NCBI RefSeq assembly: GCF_003918875.1 | Contig: NW_025765593.1 | Coordinates: 62,001 to 126,000, forward strand | Length of the DNA: 64,000 bases | From: Haliotis rubra | Taxonomy: Eukaryota | Direction: 5' to 3' | Shown here: one piece after another, positions 14,489 to 25,837 of the stretch | How positions within the stretch are numbered: the first letter of the stretch is position 1 | How the letters are laid out: the number at the start of each line of letters is the position of its first letter | Made by a program: the position numbers and the translations under genes | The notes under the pieces: generated by a model | What the model saw: the letters and a program-made list of their open reading frames with translations, nothing else | Database searches by the model: none | What the model was told of the DNA's origin: nothing

Positions 14489-14964
14489 CAGTGGAAACCT
14501 GATAAGTAAAATTTCAAGGGACTCGCCAAAATTGTTTACTTATCAGGTATTTTACTTATCCAAACTGATAAAAACCTGCAAATGACAACCATATGCATGT
14601 ATATGTATGCATATGTAGCAGTGGACCACTTATCAGGGCTGGCCTCCAGTTATCAGTGTATTGTCAACTGCATGACCCCAGCGAGCTGTAAGTAGGATGT
14701 TTGTTTAACTGGAGACTGACACGTGCCCCTCATGTCGGATTATGTGGTAATCACTAATTAAGTTATCCAGTCTCTTTTGTTAAGTAATTTACTTCCAGGG
14801 ACTGTGAGAAGACGTTTAGTTTAGCGGTATTGTTTACTTATCCGAGTTTAGTTAACCAGAGTCTAATAGTGATAATTAATGAAGAAATTTGCCGGGACCA
14901 AAGAAAAGTGTTTACTTATCAGGTCTGTTTAGTTAAGCGGTCTTTACTTAGGCGGTTTCCACTG
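14489..14964. mobile_element. 476-bp MITE with TIR CAGTGGAAACC and TA target-site duplication; copy A only
   Basis: TA|CAGTGGAAACC...GGTTTCCACTG|TA; subterminal tttacttatc repeats; single TA at empty site 53406-53407. Confidence 0.9.
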
Positions 14965-17900
14965 TATTGTAGTACATGAGTTCATGAGGTAATGAATGAT
15001 CTACAAACATATAGATATAAATAATGCAAACAGAAAGAAAACATTTGTTGTATAAATAGCAGAAGATTCGAAAGCAAAATGTATCCAGTTGAACATGACA
15101 AGAGTTGTACTTATGGGATACAAGAACTAAAATAATGATCTCAAAATAGTCAAAGGCTATATCCCTTTCTTTACACGTCAGCATAACACTATCTTTATTA
15201 CCAGAAACTCACGAAACAATAACAGGTTGTATAAGCAATGAAGTGTCCTACTAATCACGACATTTATGACAATACGTCTCGAAGACTATAGTTACTGACT
15301 TAATACGTGATGACAGAACTATCCACTATCGATAAAAAGAAAGCTGAAGAGTGTTTGAAATATTATAAACGTGATCGAATCATGCATATCATGTAAAATA
15401 CAGATTATATAAATCACTAGCATAAAATTGTGTGAACCTGTTTGTTTCGTGATATGATATTCAAACACACATTCGCGTTCGTTTGCCGAATACGTGATTA
15501 ATAACATTAAAGATACACACACCGGTATTGTGAACAAGGATTCTTCTCCAGCTGGAATAACGTCTTCTACTACACCACGTAAAGGCGGCATGACGGTATG
15601 GACGTAGGGTTCAGACACTGCCACTGTAGACAGTCCAACTATGTTTGTGACTCTGACTGACACAAAGTAGGTGTGGCTGTGATGGAGGTCCCAGTGGAGG
15701 TCTGTGAGGGCAACAGCTGTACACGTGGGTGGCGACGTCAGTGTACAACCTCCTCCTGACTGCAACGTCGTGAAGGGGATTATTGTCGACTTGCCGTCCT
15801 TAGTTCCTGACGAACATAATGTAAGTGCAATGGCAGTTTCATAGGCGTTTGAAATAAGATGAAGGATATTAGAGCGATAACGACTGCACATACCTACTGC
15901 AGCTTCATATTTTAGATACCCAGTGTCTGTGAATGCTGTCTCTGGCCAACGTGCAATCAAATAGTTGTGTCTCAGCGTCACTGTCACTGATCCAGTAAAT
16001 GCAGGGTATCGTGTATACACGGTGACAGGTCCAACAACCTTTAATGAAAACAGTTATATCTGGTCATTTCGTTCAAATACGTGTGTTTACGCAAAGAGTC
16101 ATCAGTCCAAAGAAATTGATACATATTTCATAAACATACAACATGAAACATAAATGATTCTCTTGTGTGCCCTTACTCTGACAGTTGAGATGCCAGCTTT
16201 GTTGATGGCCTTGATGGCGATGTAGAACTGTTGCCCCTCACTGAGACGAGGATGGTAGCCCTGATACTGAGGATGATGATGAGTGGACGTGTAGGGCAGG
16301 ACATCTGGAGCTGCTTCACCAGAAGGATCTGACATCAGCCCCAGCTCGTAGTCATAGATACCACTCTCAGAGTCACTGCCAGTCCAGTTTACGAAGAGCT
16401 GGGAAACAATCAAACACTTTACTGAAAGCAGTGTACAGTTTATAAATAGACGACACATGATCAAAAACTGAACTGAGATACGGATAAAAACGTTGTTACT
16501 GTACACAAATAATCAAATACTGATATGATAAGCTGGAGAAAACATTGTTAAGTTTCACAAATAATGAGTATTAAAATATACACAAAGGGTGTGCATGTTG
16601 GTACTTCATTGCGATCTTCATTAGATAAGGTACTCACGTGGTGTTCCCTGTAGACATAGAGTAAGTTGGTGAAGCTGACAGGCAATGCTAGTAAAGATTT
16701 ACACTCAGGATTGATCCCAAGTTGCATCCCACTTCCATTGTTGTATCGATGTATTGGAAACAGGGACATTCTCTGGTCATCTACTGGCGTGGCCTTGGAA
16801 CTGGAGACAGTTACATGATGTATCTGTGTGATGGCTAACTGTATACTGTATACTGTATACTGGAGTATTGTAAACGATATTAATGTTGCTTGTGAGTTAC
16901 TGATTACTTATAATGAGGACACTGTTTAAAGATAAATAGGTTTAGAGTTATCCTCGTTACCAAATGACTATTTAATTACAGATAGGTGGCATCGAATTTG
17001 ATGTTGAATTTGATGAGACAAACTTGAACTGGCTGTGGGCATGATCCAAAGTCGGCTAATCATGACGTCGACGATCACATCGTGAAATTGCGTTCATATC
17101 GGGGGAAAGTAGGATTCTTTTATAAGAACATGTGCATAGCCTTGAGTTCAGATGTAAAATCAAAACTCAAATCATTCAGGACAAATTGTCGTTTCAAGAA
17201 TTAGAAAGACGACAATGTTCCTTCTTCCAAATAAGACAATGTAAATTACCGATGACAACAGCCCCGAACATAAATCCAGAATAATGTCAGAAACTATTCA
17301 ATCAGACACAATGCTAATTTTTAATATGGTCCAACAGTCACCTGTTGCATATCCAGTTGTTATCCTCCTGGTATCAGCAGCATTGATGTTTATTGCTAAT
17401 TCTTCAGGCAAAATTACAATTACGTTTTTAAACCTCCAACCGGATTTCATCTATCGTGGTATTATGTGAAAATGAGAAATAAAATTAAGTACTTTCAATG
17501 ATACTGGAAGTATGACCATCACACTGGACAGTCACGTATCACAGAATTAGAAGAAAAATACAAAAAAAACGCATACACTTTTCATTAAACTGTTGTACCT
17601 GCAACTGCCATCTGGATTGACCACCAGGGTACGTCTCCTGTGGGCGTCGATGAACCACACAACATTATCTGATGACTTGACCAGCCCCTCCATCACCCTA
17701 GAGTCTCTCACTGCCACCTCACTGACACTGGGTGGTGTTGTGTCTACAGTCACTCCGTCAGAACACACTGGGTCAGATGCTCCCAGTGCTCGGTTGAAGG
17801 CCACCACTGTCACGTGATACTTGCCGACAGAGGGCGCTGTCCAGGAGGCGGATGTGGAATAGGTTTTCGTGACCTACATGTGATGAGTGAATGATCCGAA

Positions 17901-20796
17901 ATATTTAGACAGATTTGTGTGATTTTTACAAGAGAAAAACAACATCATTTCATCTTATCTCCAGTACAGAAACACACACACACACGCGAGCATGCACGCC
18001 CCACCCATGCACGCACACATGTTACTTCCATATTATCTACATTCACCACATTTTCTAATTCATCAATCACATGATTGTCTGGTTTGTTTTCAGGTAGTCG
18101 CCGCATGGCAGGGGTACTGCGAAAATACTTCCAGTTTTAGGCAACTGTTGTGAATGGAGTATGATACTTGTAGGGCAGGAGATGCTTAGCCTTTTGGCAT
18201 GAACATGGTGTCATCACTGGTTTTCAGTGATCCATTCACATGACTCACACAGCCCGTTTTCCCCTTTACAGCAAACAGAATTTGTTTCAAGGATAGTCAA
18301 AACTGTGTATTCTTAAACGCTGACGTTCTATATTTACCTCAAATGAAGATTTATTAACTCCAAATTCATTTGCAGACAGTGATGAGGCCCAAATTTATAT
18401 TGGTAAAGGGTGACTCCGCTCTGCTCTTTGTCAAAAAATCCGCCCCCATTGGCTGGAGAGTTGGAGATGTTGCTGGTAGTCCACTTCCGGGTTCCCTATC
18501 TGACCATCCTTAACAACGCCAGGATGAGGGGCTTGTATCAACTGTAACCTGGACAAGGTCGTGGAACAGCATGTTAGAAAACAGATCATGTATATTGATC
18601 AACAGGGAAATCATATATACTTGTATTGAACGCATAGAAGCGATTTCCATCAATCATACGAAAAGTTTGACTTACTTTAAACTCCATCTTTGTTTTAAGC
18701 TGGCGTGGTTTGTCACATTGACCTCTAGATAATAGTAGTCAGAGTCGTGATCCCCTGCTTTGTTGCTGAATATTCCACCATGTGGGAGACTACTGTCTAC
18801 TACGATGGGCTTTACTTGGAAGTGACGATGGTAGCAAACTTTGGCTGGCGTGCAGTAACAGTTAGCTCCCCTTGGGGCATCAGTGTAGGCGCTCTTGCAG
18901 TCAGCAATACTCTGTGTTATTTACATACCACATATTTGTAACAATACAGTTAGCTTTTGAGACATATTGTCATTAATATTATTGATGGTGTCTGACCAAC
19001 CCCATTGTCAAATATGTGATAAAGTGTGTTTAACAAAGAGAAGTGATGGAGTAAAGCGCATGTTCCATTACCGCAAGAAGTGCAACTATGGCATACATAG
19101 GTGTGTGTACTGAAAACTACTTACACTTGTGTTCCCTTGAGCCGTGATGTGCTGAACTCCATGCACGATGTCTAAACCCCGGTATTTATCTACAATACGC
19201 CATGACACCGTCTCCAAGCCACTGTGCTCATCGTATGCAATCCACTCCATTCTGAAATTGCATAACAAAGTTTGATTTAATTCATCACATCAGACCGTTG
19301 TTTCGGAGATATTTTATCGTGATCAAGGTAGTCCACTGTTTTGAGTAGTACTCTGGTAAAGTTGGACGAAGGCCAAAATACAGGTCATGTCCCCGATATA
19401 AGTCTCTAATGTTTGTCAAAGGGAATCTAAAAACGAACCAAAAATAATACTATTTCTGTATAATTATCTATTAATGAATACCATAAGCAAACAAAAGACT
19501 TGCGTCATTTCGGAAGTACTTAGGTAAAGTTGGACGGAGGGGAAAATACATCTCATGATATGTTTATTTACTTAGTCAAAATATTTATTTATCCAAATTC
19601 TTAAAGTTAATCTAGAAATGAACTAACAATAATGCTGCTGAATTATAATAATTAATTAATTAACGCCATATTAAAACAAGGACTTGCGTCATTTCGGAAA
19701 ACTCCTCTGCTCCATGTACACTGATGTTGAGTCGGTCTCCCCTGGTTAGCCAAAGGTTCTCTATGACTGGGGGTGATGTGTCGATGTGGACTGTCACATG
19801 TTCTTCAAGGAATTCCCGTCTGATGTCATAGGCTCGTATCCAGAAGCGTACAGTGTCCCCGTCCACTAGTGAGGGTGTTATGGTCTGTGACTGACTCAGA
19901 CCTTGACTGGTGAACAGGTTATCAGCTGGTGGACTGGTGATGGACGACCCTCCTTGGTGGTCGACTTTGTATGACGACAAGAATTGTGTTACACCTGTTG
20001 AATATACATGACCATACTCATTTATCAGAAGAGGGAGATGCTTGGGATTTCAGGGTTAAAAGTTAACAAACAAAACGATTATGAATGCTTCTATATGGCC
20101 ATTATTAGTTGCTTCGTTGAATAAGTGTGTATACACCAATGATGGATTGTTGTTTTCTTGTGATAAATGTGTCATTATATATTAGATTCCAGAACATGTA
20201 TATGTTCTATTTAAACAAGCTTGCAAATTGTGCCAACCTTGAACATTGTTGATGGCACCCACACTTCTGTCACCCTCCTTATCGTCATAGTCCGAGCTGA
20301 TGTCACCAACAGAAGCCACGCCATGGAGCCACTTGTTGTTGTGGTGGACTGTGTTGATGTATCTGTTGGTCCAGTCTACTGTCACTGATGATGACGTAGA
20401 TTGCCACTCTGATGTTGCTGATGATGCTGTTGTCACACGGAGAGATGTATTTGCTCGTGTTGTTACAGTCGAAGTACCATCATATATCAGGATTCTTCTT
20501 GTACTTCTGTGATTACCTCCCTTGTCATAGGCAGTTAGGACGACAGAATACACGCCCGCCGTAGTCAGTGTGTAGCTGTTGGACGTCTGAAACATGTAGA
20601 AAAAATACATACATCTGTAAACTGAACACTTGACCACACACCGTGACAGATCGATTGTCAATGGAATTAATGTCCTTGTCAGTTCAAGTGTCATGTTCGT
20701 GTCAGTTCAGATGTTTTGTAGCTGGATCAAGTAGTAGTACTTATTTTTACTACTTATTTGTGAAGGTAACACACACACGTGCGTAAGCACATGTAT

Positions 20797-20820
20797 ACAC
20801 ACACACACACACACACACAC
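20797..20820. repeat. (CA)n microsatellite, shorter in copy B (~59230)
   Basis: Direct inspection. Confidence 0.9.
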
Positions 20821-22840
20821 GTGCACACGCGCATGCATTCACATAGCGCTTACTATATTCACGAGACTGCAAATGATCAACCATGATTTGTATTCATGTA
20901 AATATTGAAACCACAATTCCTCACCGTTGAGCTTGTCAACGTTGTAGTCTTAACACGACGTTTATCCCTGAGTACATCCCCAACAGCGTGGAGTTCATAC
21001 ACGTCCTTGACAAAGTAGTCGACTCCTGCATCAGTATCTGACCAGCCACTCCAGCGGAAGTTCACTGTGGGCTGAAACAAGTAACAGATTCATTCTCCCT
21101 GTCTACCATCAACATCGGGTGTGAAATATAGCTATGGTCATATACTTACAGTCTTGATAACATCGGGAACAGTCAGCATGCTGCCATCACAGGCAGCAGT
21201 ACCAGTACAGTGATAGGGATCCACCAGGTCTATGGACACATTAAAGGTGTGGGTCTGTGTGGCACCGTTGTAGTAGTAGGTCGCTAGTGTGTTACTCTCC
21301 TTGTTCCGGACCTTCACATACCCTCCATTACTTGTTGAATAAGTGAATTCCATACTGAAAACAATCATGTCAAAATATTTACAGAATTCTACAAATGGTG
21401 AAAATTATATCAATTGAGAAACAGTTGCACTGTAGTTCATCAACGTTCTGTTGACTAACTTACACTGTACACAGCAGTGGCCACTTAACTTGTCAACATA
21501 CCGAGTGTACATATGATCATATTGATAGTAGACTTATATATACAATTATTCGTTTGGACTATTCATATTTTTGGTTTTATTTCGTTTATATCTGACATTC
21601 AGATTCCCAGCTGAAAGATGAAAACATTCAAAATAACGCACTGTGTCTGTATCGTAGCTAGCCCCTCCCCACTACTCACACATCTCTGTGTTGGAAGGGC
21701 AGAGATAGTACAGACGTCCCTGGTGGGTTTCCTTCACAGGTGTACAGGTCTGTGTCCGGGCTGCTTCGGCTGGCTCCTCCACAGTTATAGACCTTAGTGG
21801 AGACAACACCTGCACCTTGGTACAACAACACAGTCAGCTGAGTGAACAATGTTTTCAGATAATGATGAAACAAGAAGCACGAGTTGATCAGTTAGGTGAT
21901 TCAGGTTATGTTCTCGCCGACACATCATTTTATCGCTGTTTGATGGTGATACATAAACGCATGCTCGTGATATAGTCGGAATTGAACAGTCGACTTGAAT
22001 GTGGAAAGGGTATTTGATTATGAATTCACCACCGTATATACCGTTGTAAAGCCAGATTAACTGTATAATATAATACCTGACACGTTAGGTATACGTTCCA
22101 ACTTCGAACGTATGCAGCAAAATGTCACATTATGCATACTGTGCCCTCTGATATCCGACATACCTCTCTTTAGTTTGAATGTAGCAGAACCACTGACAAT
22201 TCCCACACGGAAGTCTTCAATGAAGGCATGTCTGGATGGAGGTACCATTTTGTACTCAGCCGTAAACTTATAGTACATTCTGGATGGAGAGTTGATGTTT
22301 GACCAGCTGGTGGACTGAGATGGACCACTGTTGATGTTGGGAGGTGCCTCTGCCGTGTCACCGTTGCTGGCGGTCAGTCTAAGGAGGTTGAGGTGTATTG
22401 TGGGCTTCGTTGTTACTGTAACATACTTGTATCGTATAAACAAAAACGAATGTACAAAATAGACGAACAAATACGATAAACGACAGTACAAAAGATTTAC
22501 AATTTCGTTGACATTTCCAGGTCAAAGGTTTCTATTCATACGGTGTCCATTTGATTTCGCCAAACGATTGGAACTACTTAAATATGGAAAATCAACGCCA
22601 GTGAAAGGCCAATGCCGATCATCCATAGAAACAGATTCAAAGAATCCTGAAGCAACATATAGCGCTGAAAAGTATATAATGAATGAATCACCGAAAATCA
22701 ATGATGGCACAAGGTCTTCGAGAAAAAGGTAAGCATGCCTGGCGCTACTGGCAGCACCTGTCATTTACACCTTGCAAACGAAAAAGAAGCTTTAAGTGTT
22801 TGTTGTTTGCTACTTGTATTCCCAGGTAGCGTCAACTCAC

Positions 22841-25837
22841 TTGTCTGACAATGATTCCCTGTGAAGCCGCTGGAGCAGACACAGTTACTGGCGTACTCGT
22901 TCCTGCAGGTTCCGGGATAACACCGGGTGCTGTCACTCCGCCACGAACACGCCTCTGTAGACACAAATGTGGGATCTGGCTTTACAGCATGGTCGGTTAA
23001 GTATTTAAATCTGTATTGTTCGTTGACGGCATGGCATATTCTTATTTCGACAGGGGCGGTGGGGTATCCTAGTGGTTAAAGCGTTGGCTCTTCACACCGA
23101 AGACCCGGGTTCGAATCCCCACATGGGTACAATGTGTGAAGCCAATTTCTGGTGTCCCCCGCCGTGATGTTGCTGGAATATTGCTAAAAGCGGCGTAAAA
23201 GCAAACTCAGTCAGTCAGTCAGTCTTACTTCGACATGATCTGTTGTAATAAGAAACAATATACATGAAACCGATGTCCACTTCCTGGCTTTTGACTAAAA
23301 ACGATTTTGTTTTATTTGACATATCCAGAGATAGAATCGAATGATACCATACAAATAGATGGATCAATAAAACCCATTTCAGTAATAAAAGACCAGGGAA
23401 TAGAAGAAGTAATATGTTTAGATTGAAAATTCTGAGGGTTTGCTTGTATGTTGTTTTATTCATAACTCGATGAACTGTGATTATATCAGTAGGAACCTAA
23501 CAACATGCATTTGTGTAACTTGGGATATATTGTTGACTCGTAATTCACCAATGGCAACTTACGTATGCATGATCTCCTATCAGAAGAAGCCACATATGCC
23601 CTGTGTCCTGCCTGGTCCAGCAAGACCCCCTCACAGCGACTACACACCTGGTTGCTGCTGCTGGTGCATGTCTCCAGATCACAGTTACTGATGGCGCTGC
23701 ACACTGGCAATGGTAATATGTGACAACGTGAATTTTGAGCTTGGAACGCAGATAACGGAGAAATATATCATGGTCACAAAAGCTTTTACAAGTGAGCCAA
23801 CTGTGCTCAACACCTCATTTCCAGTCATGCAAGCTTACTGTGAGGAAAAAAGATATAAATGGCGTTTACGATATTAGTACAAACCACGAGTATGGCGCTG
23901 ATAGCACAAGAAACAAAATCGGGGATTCAAACCCGCATGTGTAGGTTTATAGCATACCAAAGGGAAGTAACTCCGCGACACGAATGGCGGCACATACACG
24001 TCCCCGATATGAATGAATCGACTGAGCCTTAATGCACGTACTTCTGCAGCGTTCATTGGTGGGGTAAAAGCCTTCATTACAGTTGTCACAGGTCCCAGGG
24101 GAGGTACAGCTGCCCCCACTCTTGTACTGTGTCCTGCCGTCACTGTTGACGATGTGAGATGCCCTGTAGTCGATGTTGCAAGCAGCGGGGTTGATCAGAT
24201 CGTCACATACAGCTGCAATGTTTAAATGGTGTTTAATTGTTACAGTATGTGACTGAAACGATCAATTTCAAATCATGAGAATTCTGAGGTATGTTGTACT
24301 ATTTGCCTAGATGGGATTAAAAGAAAGAAAGCATGTTTGCATGCATTAGTGAGCCTTACAAAAACATGTTTGTGTATGACAATCAAGTTTAGAATCAACA
24401 GTTCTACCAGAATACATTCCACGACCCGTCCAACCTTATATTATACATATCAAGGTATACAGATGATCAGATCATTATGACAACAATTGTAGAGAGGCCA
24501 GACGTCCCTCAGTCCAAGTAGCACAATTCACTTACGATATGGGCAGCCTTTGTTATCTGTTGATCTGTACCCTGATTTGCATCTGTAATTTGTGACCGGC
24601 CTCTGCCTGGTAGCAGAAAACGTGTTCTCTTACGATGCCTTCAAATATTGTCAACACAGGAATGTGCAACTTCGTAACAATATTTATATCATGTATCCTT
24701 TAATAATATGATAATAATCTTTATTTGCACTGAGAAGGCCACAGGCCTATAGTACATAAAGTTATGTTACATTTGAGAGGAATTTAGATCGGGTAATCAT
24801 AGCATAGTAAATGAACATTGAAATATTTTGAAGAAGAACTGGATTTTTACTACTTAACAGTGAGGAGAATTTTATCACATTTGGATGGACATAGTAATAT
24901 CTTTTAATATATTTTGTTCGCAACCTGTCAAAAAATGGACATTAGGAGAAAATGAAATTCATCTTCCATTACAAAGTGTACATATTCTATTTTCTCTTTT
25001 TACATTAATATATCTGCCTCTTTCAATCAACAAATCATGAGAAGAGCATCTGAATCGTGCCAGTGCTATTCTAAACTTTTTAACATTAACACAGGATAGA
25101 TATGACTCAAGGACTATGGCATTTTTAAACAATGAATAATACATGCATTTATTTGATAAGGATATCCTTTCACATCATGTTTGAATATACGTATATTTTA
25201 GTTTTGTCGTTAAGGATTGTATGAATAACGTAGGTGATTCGACATATTGTGTTTTCCATGTAATTCCCAAACCAATAGAATATAAAAAGTTTTTTACATT
25301 GGTTGCCAAGTTTTTTTGTCCACCTTTATCATATAACAACATCATATTATAACACTTCTTGGGTAAGCGATTTGAAGGCATAATCAACAGTTTTAGCCAG
25401 TACTTAATAACTTTAATGCTTGTAGGAATGTGCATTGGGTACCTACCGCATTCACCATTAATCACTGCGTTAACAGTGTTAATTTTAACTCCGAGGAAAT
25501 TTTTGCATGCGTATAAATGGATTTTTTCAATTTCCTTTAATATTCGGAGGTATTGCGGGCATCGATTATGATTGGTCACTACAGATCTGAAAGGGGATTT
25601 CCGTTTGTCATAGAGGTCAACGGTGATGCCCTGACCTTCAGAAAATGTCATCAGAACATAACTAAATCATCGCTCAAAAGCCATTAACAGGGAGATTAGT
25701 CCAATCAGGAAGATGTATATATTCAAAAAAGAACATTATGAATGATAACCAATGTTTTTAAGTACAGAACTTTTTACCTGTATCTTGTGCACCGGCCCCA
25801 CTTCCAAAACCCACACTTCGTTGTGTAACGTGATGAC
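22841..25837 (-). CDS. Copy A N-terminal exons: EMI-like segment and EGF-like cysteine-rich units
   Basis: Spliced translation SSRYTTKCGFWKWGRCTRYR|QRPVTNYRCKSGYRSTDNKGCPY|PVC...GGSCTSPGTCDNCNEGFY..RC|..CSAISNCDLETC..CSRC..SC|..CYPGTC..NCVCSSGFTGNHCQT. Most of this is missed by the ORF track because the exons are short. Confidence 0.7.
23053..23222 (+). mobile_element. tRNA-derived SINE with 13-bp TSD
   Basis: A-box-like ..TCCTAGTGG, B-box GGTTCGAATCC, tail GCTGGAATATTGCTAAAAGCGGCGTAAAA-(AGTC)n; TSD tctta(t/c)ttcgaca. Confidence 0.85.
24706..25532 (-). mobile_element. 5'-truncated non-LTR retrotransposon (CR1/L2-group-like ORF2 C-terminus); copy A only
   Basis: KNFLGV..NAVINGECGRYP..KYWLKL..RLPKKCY and FRIALARFRCSSHDLLIERGRY..RENRICTLCN; AATAAA plus (ATT)n-like tail; flanking duplication TCCTTTAATA at 24696-24705 and 25533-25542, single at 63037-63046. 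Confidence 0.9.

Noticed and set aside
23053-23125. tRNA gene
   Set aside because: It has A/B boxes but continues into a SINE body and tail and is flanked by a 13-bp TSD.
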